This document shows positions 53,675-64,000 of a stretch of DNA of 64,000 nt, piece after piece (the first letter of the stretch is position 1; every line of letters starts with the position of its first letter). The notes beneath the pieces were generated by a model, which saw only the letters and a list, made by a program, of their open reading frames with translations, was not told where the DNA came from and did no database searches. Source of the stretch: Octopus sinensis (taxonomy: Eukaryota); contig NC_043003.1 of NCBI RefSeq assembly GCF_006345805.1, positions 57,226,001 to 57,290,000 of the forward strand, written 5' to 3'. The position numbers were made by a program, and so were the translations under genes.

Positions 53675-54060
53675 TAGCTTGCTAACCAACCACATGGTTC
53701 CGGGTTCAGTCCCAGCGTGGCATCTTGGGCAAGTGTTTTCTGCTATAGCCCCGCCCCGGCCGACCAATGCCTTGTGAGTGAATTTGGTAGACGGAACTGA
53801 AAGAAGCCTGTCGTATATGTATATATATATAGGTGTATTGTATGGGTGTGTGTGTTTGTGTGTCTGTCCCCCCTAGCATTGCTTGACAACCGATCTGGCG
53901 TGTTTACACGTCCCCGTCACTTAGTGGTTCGGCAAAAGAGACCGATAGATAGTACTGGGCTTACAAAGAATAAGTCCCGGGGTTGATTTGCTAGACTAAA
54001 GGCGGTGCTCCAGCATGGCCGCAGTCAAATGACTGAAACAAGTAAAGAGTAAAAGAGAGT
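53675..54060 (+). mobile_element. SINE family A, young copy lacking its first bases
   Basis: Close match to 483-818 and 43482-43873; tail GTAAAGAGTAAAAGAG. Confidence 0.9.
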
Positions 54061-54153
54061 AATATATAATATACATAGATATACATAAATACGCACACAC
54101 ACACACACACACACACACACCACACCACCACACACATATATATATATATATAT

Positions 54154-54892
54154 AATTAAAAAATGAGGGTGTCTACAAGACACCAACATGCCGAAATAGC
54201 AGTCGAAACTCTGACTATAAAACCACGTTAAATGTTCATATCGCACCATGAGGTAAAGCGGAGGGACAAAACATACAAGCAAAAATTATATTGAATAATT
54301 CAAGATCCAAGGATTTCTGGTTCCTTTAGATAAGCTTTACCGTCATCAATTGAATATATCAAGGGTACATAAATACAGATACATATATGCACAGCAAACG
54401 ATATACTTACATATACGAGCGTCGCACATACATCATATGCACGTATGGACACAGCCAGTTTGAATCGCCCGCCAAATCACCGCATAAGTACGATATGGTT
54501 AAAATAAGCACCGCAGTGAATATAATAACGAATTATATAAATTTATATATGAGGATAATATCTGGCTGTGATAATATCTGGCGATTCAAACTGGCTGTGT
54601 CCATACTTGCATATGTATGTATGTGCGACGCTCGTATATGTAAGTATATCGTTTGCTGTGCATATATGTATCTGTATTTATGTACCCTTGATATATCAAT
54701 GATGACGGTAAAGCTTATTTAAAGCAGACCAGAAATCCTTGGATCTTGAATTTTCAATAATTTTTGCTTGTATGTTTTGTCCCCTCCGCTTTACCTCATG
54801 GTGCGATATGAACATTTAACGTGGTTTTATAGTCAGAGTTTCGACTGCTATTTCGGCATGTTGGTGTCTTTTAGACACCCTCATTTTTAATT
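54154..54892. repeat. Large foldback: about 315-bp near-identical inverted arms, 110-bp spacer
   Basis: 54154-54469 is the reverse complement of 54580-54892. Confidence 0.92.
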
Positions 54893-55000
54893 GTTAAAAA
54901 TTTTCTTACCTTTCTAAGGTATTTCTTTCATGCTGGCCACTTGATAATTCGACACTTAAATATCGATATTATCCTCATATATAAATTATATATATATATT

Positions 55001-55084
<84 letters not shown>

Positions 55085-55824
55085 TATGTGGGTGTTTTTG
55101 ACTAAGTCATACCGGGGATTTTATATGTAAAAATACATATACATACGCACATATAAATACATATATATATATATAGAGAGAGAGAGGAGGGGAGAGAGAG
55201 AGAAAGAGAGAGAGAGAGAAAAGGAGAGAGAGAGAGAGAGAGGGAGAGAGACATACTTATATACATACAAATAAACGTGGTGTTTATGAGTATGTATTTT
55301 CATAAGGGTTTATATTGCGCTATTTTTTCTGTCTTTCTCCACGTCTCTCCATCTCCTCCTACATAAACACACATATACTCACATACAACATGCACACACA
55401 CACTTGCATACACACACTCACACGCGCGCGCAAATATACGTGTATATGTGCGGGTGTATGTGTGTGTATGTAGTTTGATAGATGCGTACAGTTATTTTTA
55501 AAACACTGCTGTATACTAGAACGATAAAGACATTCTTCGAGATTTTCGTATAAAAATACATCGAATCAAACCTCAACTGAGTGAAAACATTTATGTAACC
55601 ATGATGTTCTATTGATCTGATGAGCTGGCTTTCTTTATCTGCACTGATTTGCAAAAACACAATAGTATTGCATAATGCGTTGCATGCCTTTTAGTCTAGG
55701 CATGTAAAATAAATTGTACAATGAAGTTATTATTACATGCTGAATGCTGCAAAACAGCCGTAATCCTAAGAATTACAAGTGTGTAAAAAATTATATTCAC
55801 CTCTCATAGATCCGCCTTTTATGG

Positions 55825-55873
<49 letters not shown>

Positions 55874-55887
55874 TAGGTGTGTGTATG

Positions 55888-55921
<34 letters not shown>

Positions 55922-56782
55922 TACATGGTTTGACCAGTAAGTATCTGGACTATTGCCATAGTAACGAGGCTAAAGCACGCAGAGTTAAGCTGCTTGGCAC
56001 AGATTGACTTTGAACTCTACTGTGCATGCGTACTAAGTTTTAACGTTCTAGCTCACTTCCACTATTTACAGCAGTGCTTGGAAGTAACGTGTGTAGCGTG
56101 TGTTCGTCGCACTGAACATGACTGAGCAGAGAATCTACATAAAATTTTGCTAAAAGCTTAGCGATACCGACTCAGAAGCCTACACAAAGTTTTAAAAAAG
56201 TTTTTGTCGCGCTTGACAGTCAAAGAGATCTTTTTGGTCAACTGAAAGAAGTTTTGTCATAAACTTGGCACACACGCGTCTCATACCTAGACCTTCAGTT
56301 ATAATGGTCAGAACTGAATCGTAACTAATCTGCATATCCTCTGATAAGTCACGGATGGGAATTCGAGGATTTCCCCTCACAGTCGCACGCACATCTTCCC
56401 TGTTTTTCTCAGTTTTGCTGTTTGTGGGTCTCCCAGAGCGTTCGTCAATGGCGACATTTTTCGGCCATCTTGGAAACGTCTGAACCACTCGTACGCTTGT
56501 GTACGGCTCATACACTCCTCTCCATACACTCTCTGCAACTTTGCGTAGGTTCTGAGAAGGTATCGACATGACAACTTTCTTTGTGACGGTCAATGCGAGG
56601 ATCACACGTTACAAAGGTTACTACGAAGCACTGCTAAAAACAGCGGAAGTGAGTTAGAACGTTAAAAGCTAGTGTACATGCACAGCATAGGTCAAGGTCA
56701 ATCTGTGCCCAGCGGCTTTACTCTGCATGCTTTAGCTTCGTTACTTTGGTAACATTGCGAATACTTACTGATCAGACATCGC
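55922..56782. mobile_element. Mariner derivative made of two inward-facing 5' ends
   Basis: Left: TIR, leader and MTEQRIYIKFC on +. Right: TIR, leader and YAKLQRVYGEECMSRTQAYEWFRRF...DERSGRP...GLGMRRVCAKF on -. About 270 bp of imperfect inverted repeat. Confidence 0.85.
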
Positions 56783-56802
56783 AAACACACACACACACAC
56801 AC

Positions 56803-56853
<51 letters not shown>

Positions 56854-57295
56854 GTTTACATATATATAAAATACAGTGATTTATTTTGAGATTGCTAATG
56901 TAAACAGTACTCGCATATAAAATACATACTAGAGTTGTAGTGCTCGAAGTGAGCTATATTCCACTTATTAAAAATTAGATTTTAAAAATATGAAATATAT
57001 CATATTACTTGGCACGTCTCTGAACTTAAATTTTATTAATTTTTGTATTATTTTCGTAGGATTTTAGTACGTCCTTTTAATGTTTTATCATCCCAAATTT
57101 TTAATTACACCAATGTATTATAATTCACTGTTTTTTTTTTTTTTGGTATCACGTCATTTTTTGTCTATCTATATATATTTTTATATTATTAAATTTATAT
57201 ATTTGGAATTTATATATCCGTTTTGTAAATATGGAAGAATATATGTATGTATTTGATTTTCAAGTGTTCGATTTTATTATGTTCCTCTAGTTTCC

Positions 57296-57602
57296 GCTGG
57301 TTAAAGCATTTGGCTGAGGATCGTGAGGTCATGAGTTCAATTCCCGGTGACGCGTTGTGTCCTTGAGCAAGACAGTTTATTTCCTGTTGGTCCATTCCAC
57401 TCAGCTGGCAAAAAATGAGTATTACCGGTAATTCAAAAGGCCAGCCTTGTCACATTCTGCGCCACGCTGAATCTCCTTGACAACTACGTTAAAGGTGTAC
57501 ATGTCTGTGGAGTGCTCAGCCACTTGCACGTTAATCTCACGAGGAAGCTGTTCAGTTTGATGTATCAGTTAGGACCCTGTCCTCGTAACCGACGAAGTGC
57601 TC
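57296..57602 (+). mobile_element. SINE with family B head/core and the 15571-type tail
   Basis: GAGTTCAATTCCC (B box), TTGTGTCCTTGAGCAAGAC core, then TGTGGAGTGCTCAGCCACTTGCACG tail. Confidence 0.85.
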
Positions 57603-57619
57603 CTTTTATATATATATAC

Positions 57620-57651
<32 letters not shown>

Positions 57652-57687
57652 ATATATATCTATATATATATCATACCATATATATAC

Positions 57688-57732
<45 letters not shown>

Positions 57733-57882
57733 TATATATATAATATATATATATATAATATATATATATATATATTGATAAAACAAACGAAGAATAAAAC
57801 AATTCTTCGAGGGATGTAAACATACAATTCTCACTGATACCACTGTTGAATGTCACAGATAAAAGGTACAATTACAATATAC

Positions 57883-58225
57883 AAATATTAAATGAAATAG
57901 AGAAATAGAACTGACAAGATAAAAATTTATTTACATTATAATACAATATAATATACTATAAAAATTATAATATAATGTAACATAATAAACTTTTAAAAAA
58001 CACATATAAAGCCAACAGTTTGTTTCGACTCATAAACACTAGTGAATTTATAAAAGATTCTCACCTATGTATACAAGCCTCTTCAGGGCGTTGGTTAAAA
58101 AAACAGACGAAATTCCTTGTTTTTTGAAAATTTATTTTATGTTATATTTTATTTATTTTAGTATATTATATTATAATGTAAATATATTTTAGCTTGTCAA
58201 TTGTAGTCTCTATTTTATTTAATTT
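57883..58225. repeat. AT-rich imperfect inverted repeat enclosing a hammerhead motif
   Basis: 57883-58001 aligns with the reverse complement of 58119-58225. Confidence 0.65.
58011..58089 (-). ncRNA. Type I hammerhead motif
   Basis: Minus strand reads GCC-CTGAAGA-GGCTT[...]GAGTC-GAAA-C-AAACT-GTT-GGC. The core is intact; stem I is only 3 bp. Confidence 0.55.
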
Positions 58226-59355
58226 GTGTGTGTGTGTGTGTGTGTATAAATACATACATACATACATACACTTTTGTATGTGTGGTGGTGCTGTAGTTCC
58301 GTAGAATATAGCGTATTGTCTTACGATATGTTTATTTTGTGCATCTGACTGTCATCTGAATTCCACGCTCAAAAAGATTGGTCAACCCAAAGCTATAGCA
58401 AAAGACGCGAGCCTAAGGATCTATGTAATGGAATCGAACCAGAAGCAATTGGTTACGAAACACACTTCTTACCAGTTCTGTCTATACTAATGCCATTAGC
58501 TTTCAAAATATTATCAAATGACGATCTCCATAACCTCTGCTGTTCTTAGAATGAGTGCAGATCATTTCACCGCAAAGATATCATTATTTCCGCAATAGAA
58601 TTAAACATGCAAATGTACATTTACGAACAAAGTTTTCACCTTCCTGCAATTGTGCAGTAATATAGTCAATTTGGCAAGCAAATTAGCACACATGAATTTA
58701 GATGTATTAGCTCTAATATCTAATATAACAATCTCAACGAATCGTGAGTGAATATAGAGACGAAAATTATATGCAAAGGAGATTAAATGCATTTCAAATG
58801 TAGCAACGACATCTGGAAATAAAATCAATATTTGGCCAAAGATGTTACGTAAGTTTAGTCGGATGTGACGGCTGGATACCGGCCTCGACCGGCTACCTAC
58901 CCTGTGATAATTATACATGTCTTCTTGTAGCACCCTCCCTCCAGGAAAATTTGAATAAGAATTCAGGCGTCATCATTATTAATGAGTTACGCTAGTGTCC
59001 ATGGCTCAGTCATTTCCTTCTGACTGGAAACTGATTAAAAAAATTAACAGAGTAACAGTATCATCCAGCATTCTCTTTTGAGGGGATGGCTACCACCCTT
59101 TTTTGTGAATGGCCATAACTGTAAATGATCTGCAAGTGGTATTGTTTGATAGAAGCAATAACTTTCTTGTGAAAGAAGTGTTAGGCTCTCTGATGCAAAC
59201 CAGACTAATATCTCATATATCGAAAGCATACAATGCCTTGTTGATTTGTCTTAGGTCTGACCATGATCAAGCAGCACGGTAATCAAAGATGTTCCAACTG
59301 TGACCATGTTATTTTTCTGGTCTTTATTAACAAAATATGTAGTACTATATTATGC

Positions 59356-59410
<55 letters not shown>

Positions 59411-59439
59411 ATTATCCTTTCGTTATGTAAAAAGTTAGC

Positions 59440-59726
59440 CCGTGATCCGAAGAAATTCGGCTCCTTTTTTAGGCACAAATATTAGTCTGTATTTGATAGC
59501 CATAGGGAGCATAAAACCGGTTTCCCGGTTTCTATGGCGTATGTATTCCTCCCAGGACTGGATGCCGGTTCTTTGCAGTATTACTCATTTTTACCGGCTG
59601 AGTGATCTGGAGCAACGTGAAATGAAGTGCTTTACTCAATAACACAACGCACCGTCCGGTCCAGAAATCGAAACCACAATCTTACGGTCATGAATCCAAC
59701 ATCCTGACCACTAAGCCATGCACCTC
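59440..59726 (-). mobile_element. SINE with family B-like head/core and a third type of tail
   Basis: Minus strand TGGCTTAGTGG (A box), GGTTTCGATTTC (B box), core TTCACGTTGCTCCAG, distinct 3' part. Confidence 0.8.
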
Positions 59727-60976
59727 TACTGCCTGCTGTATTAGTTTTCTTAATTCCAATATTGTTGTTGTTGTTGCTGATAATGATGATGGTGATTATT
59801 CCTTGATCAAGTAGGCTGACAATCAAAAAGAGTCAAACCGCATTTTCACCACAGCGTACCTAGGACTACACTGTTAAATGCATCATTGTTTTTCTTTTCT
59901 TGAAACAATGTATATGGAAATTGACAGAGATTTGGCGTTTATGTTGGTGTTGTTAGTGATTCTGCGCAGATTCAAAGGAATCCTTATCAAAGATAACTTT
60001 TTAAACGTTGAAGCTGCGGCCATCTTATCTTATTCTTTTTTCTGGACCTATCATACCTTCACCACCCATATTCTCAGCCATTTTAAAAATGCAGATTCCA
60101 TTACTGGAGAAGGTTTAAATTTTTCTTCAACAAACTCTTCGCTGTAATGGGTATTTTACAGTTCTTTACAATAGCAGGAATAGAGAATTTCATCTCCGAA
60201 ATCTATTGAAATCGCTTCCAACACGCTCTTCGTGCCAATTGTGTTGACCACAACACCACAAATATGTGTTATATATACAAGTTGTAGCTATAATTCAAAC
60301 CGCATAATGAAAAAATATACATACCTTGGATACAGAAAGATTACTAGCTGTGTTTTAGATTGATTAAATGTAATGTATATGCTTATATTATTGTGTGTGT
60401 GTGTGTGTGTGAGTGGTGTGTGTGTGTGTGTGTGTGTGTGTGTGCACACATAGACATACACACATAAACAAATACCTACATATATTCATACATACAAACA
60501 TAGATCCATTCATACACGCATGCATGTATACATACATATGTACACACGCACACACATGGTATGGCTTACGAGACACACTAAAAATTTTTTTCCATTTTTC
60601 TCATCGATGTTGCCATAACAGTAGAAATTCAATATACTTTGTAAAATATATCGACCACTCTCGAGAGAAATGCCTCGTAATTATTGGCTTTAAAATGAAT
60701 GGTATGAAGCAATTGTGTGGATGTTGCTTATAAAAATACACAGCAGGAACGGTAAATAGATAAAATATTATTGAATTGTTTTCTTTTATTGTTTCAGAAA
60801 CTGGACTATGCCAATACTGGGATACTCCATTGAAGGGCTCAGTTATTCAAATCGGTCCCACTAATTTATTTTTAAGATTGGTACCTTTTCTATCGTGTCT
60901 TTTGCCAAACTGATAGCTTACGGAGACATAAACAAACCATGGTCGATTGTCATGCAGTGTGAGAACAAGCATAAAT

Positions 60977-61041
<65 letters not shown>

Positions 61042-61547
61042 CACGCACACATGGTTAAAAATATACAAAATATATACGAAAAACAGAGACAGGTGAAAGA
61101 ATAACAAATAGAATATATCAGTTTGATGATCTGATAATATGAAAGGAGATTTTGACGTTTCGACCCGACGCTCTTCTGTACAAAAATGAGGAGAAAATAC
61201 AAATTAAGAAAGAAAAATATGCAGAGAAAAAACAAAATGCGTTTGAATTAACGCTTCTACATATTGAAACAACCGGAAGAAAAGAACTTGCAGGAGGGTT
61301 TTGTGGCAAGGGAGACAACAGTGACTTGGCTAAAGTGTGTGGGCGCAAGCTTGTGCATGTCTATATGTGTGTGTATGGACGATAGCGTGTGGATGTGTAT
61401 TCATGGGAGCTCGCGTGTGCATGCGCTTGTGTGTGCGTGAAGCGATGTGTGTGTATATGTATGTGAGCAAGTGTGTGTCTCTGTTTTCAGTTGCTGTGAA
61501 TACATGGAGGTGTGTATAAATTTAAAATGTGTGTGGATATTAAAACT

Positions 61548-61750
61548 GTGAGCTGGCAGAATCGTTAGCACACCGGAATTTCTTAGCGATATTTCGTCCG
61601 TATTTACGTTCTGAGTTTAAATTCCGAGGACAATTTTGTCTTTCAACCTTCTGGAGTCGATTAAATAAGTATCAGTTGAGCACTACAGTCGATGTAATCG
61701 GCATAACAGTTCCCCTGAAATGGTTAGCCTTGAGCGAAAATTTGAAATCG
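61548..61750 (+). mobile_element. SINE family C
   Basis: GTGAGCTGGCAGAATCGTTAGC...GAGTTTAAATTCC...GAGTCGATTAAATAAGTATCAG. Confidence 0.8.
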
Positions 61751-62680
61751 GTATGTGTGTGTATATTCTATGTTTTGTGTGTATGTATAAGCGAGTGTCA
61801 TGGCGCTTGTATGTGTGTATTAGGTATCTGACGTACCTGTGTGTTGTAAGGCGATGTATATGGGTCAACCGGGATGGATGGGTCAAGTGGAATAGGATTG
61901 TAAAGGAGGTAGTTACCAGGTGGTGTGGGTTCGTGACGAAACATGCTTTTTGTACGCATGCGAAGGAAGTGGAAGTGTGGTCGCTGGTGTGTGCGTGTAT
62001 GCGGAGTGGTAAGTAGTGTGTGTGTGCGTACGTGTTTCTGTGTACGTGTTTGTGTGTGTGTGTACGTGTGTGTGTGTACGTGTTTATGTGTGTGTGTGCG
62101 CGTGTACTGGTGTGTGTTGTGTGGGGAATGAGCAAATGGTTTAGAGAAGATGTGTAGGGACAGAGGAGAGAGGGCAGTGGAATGTACGAATCGTCTGGTG
62201 TGTGTGTGTGTGAATGTATGTGTAAGTGGGTTTAAATAGAGAGAGTTGGAGGCTGTGGCAATAAGGGAATGAAGAAAGGAGACAGAATAATTCTTGCTCA
62301 TGATAGAGGGAGAAGTCTGGGTGAAATTTGTGCAAGGACTGTCTAGACACAAACAAATGCTGCAGAGAATGACTGCTGAAGATGAAGCAGCGCGAGACAG
62401 TGGACTTGCATTTAATGTCTCAATGTTCCACACACAGGTCAGCTAGTTGCCGGCCAGTATGACCAATGTACAATGAGTGGCGGGGAGAGAGTTTCCGAAT
62501 ATCAAATGCACTCGCGCAGTATTCGTCATATGACATTAAAGTAGGAAACACTTATGGAATATGCCATGCTGTAGAACTGAACCCAAAACCACTGGGTGCA
62601 AAGTGAACCTCTTTACCATACAGCTACGTATTCATTTGTTTGAAAGATATGTATAACATGATTTCATGTAAACAAATGTA

Positions 62681-62921
62681 TTAGGTTGGTGCATAATTAT
62701 TGCGGTTTTCTTCAATAATTTTTATTCTACAAAAACAATAACAACATGTAACAAAAACATCTTTAAATGATTATTCCGGAGCATATTCACCCTCTACGTC
62801 AATTACTGCTTCCCATTTGCTAGGTAGACGGTCAGACTATCATTTAAAGATGTTTTTGTTAAATATGGATATATTATATTTGTTGAATAACATTTGCCGT
62901 AGTAATTATGCACCAACCCAA
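62681..62921. mobile_element. Mariner-derived MITE built from two 3' ends, TA target duplication
   Basis: TA-TTAGGTTGGTGCATAATT ... AATTATGCACCAACCCAA-TA (Hsmar1-like TIR). The minus strand contains DRLPSKWEAVIDVEGEYAPE*, and TCATTTAAAGATGTTTTTGTT occurs in both arms. Confidence 0.9.
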
Positions 62922-63770
62922 TATTACACATTGACTTTTATTTTAAATTTCTATGCATAAGACTAAAATTTAAAAATTTTTCATCCCGCTTTGTTGAGAT
63001 CTTCGCTAACGTTCGTACATTGAGACAATACTCCCATTTCCTCTGCGAAATATTTGTCTACGCGCACACACGCACACGCACACAAACACACACACACACA
63101 CAAACTCACATACACATATATATATTATACATTTAAAATTATTCGCAGAACAAATAAAAATATCATTGATGTTATAAAACATTACTTAAAATTTTAAATA
63201 TCTACAGCTGTTTCATTAAGTATCACGAAACCATACTCCTATGTAAATCTTAATGCGTTTTCTATATTTTAGCACAAGGCTAGCAGCTTTGGAGAGAGAA
63301 ACATTAGTCGATTACATCGATCGTAGTACTTCGGAACTGTGAAAGACAAGCTTGACCCCGACAGAATTTGGTAAATGTTAATAACAACAAGTTATACAAC
63401 ACAATTTTCAATAATCAATAATAGTCGTTATATAACATAATTATTAATAATTAACTATCGTTATTATAACCATATAATATGAATAATAAAAAGCTAGCAA
63501 TTACATGCGAACCATCACATTTACTTTAGCTATAATTTTTGCAGTTTAATGTTATTTTAAAAATTGAGCTCTAAATCTGTGGATATTTCTTTCGTACATA
63601 AACATGTTTTAACTACACATACACACACACACACACACATACACGCGCGCGCGTATGTATGTCTATATTTATATATGCATTAACGTATACATGTGTAAGC
63701 ATTAGTACATAATATATATACATATATATATATACATATGTATATATATGCATGTATATATATCTTTGTG

Positions 63771-63815
<45 letters not shown>

Positions 63816-63945
63816 ATATACATATATATATATACACACATGCACACCATATACGACATACACAAACATAGACAAACATATGCATATACATACATGTATA
63901 CATTTATATATATATATATATATGTATATATAATATATATATATA

Positions 63946-63979
<34 letters not shown>

Positions 63980-64000
63980 AACGGTGATGCATCAGCATGG

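Noticed and set aside
61150-61182. GAAGAGC...CGAAACGTC on the minus strand
   Set aside because: The 3' half is hammerhead-like but the CTGANGA core is absent; at most a remnant.

Overview
AT-rich eukaryotic DNA dominated by microsatellites and repeats. The tRNA-derived SINE families match my recollection of Octopus (coleoid cephalopod) repeats; this assignment is an inference, not a database result. I found no confidently identifiable host protein-coding exon, rRNA, true tRNA or CRISPR array, and almost all ORFs in the supplied track are translated microsatellites. The window contains: (1) many tRNA-derived SINEs from at least three head/core types; (2) decayed DNA transposons (two DD37D/maT-type Tc1-mariner, one Tigger/pogo, several mariner fragments and foldback derivatives); (3) non-LTR retrotransposons, namely a near full-length R4/Dong-clade element (RT, CCHC knuckle, restriction-like endonuclease) sitting in a (TAA)n tract beside a short stub of a second R4-like family, a Tx1/L1 3' end cut by a 100-N gap, and CR1/L2, RTE and Penelope fragments; (4) a high density of long inverted repeats. 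The most interesting signals are several minimal type-I hammerhead ribozyme motifs of the Penelope type, including two in opposite orientation inside one non-coding 337-bp foldback (27946-28282), a pre-miRNA-like hairpin (24702-24793), and MITE-like elements whose ends are themselves palindromes. Several signs point to uncorrected long-read indel errors and possible false duplications.
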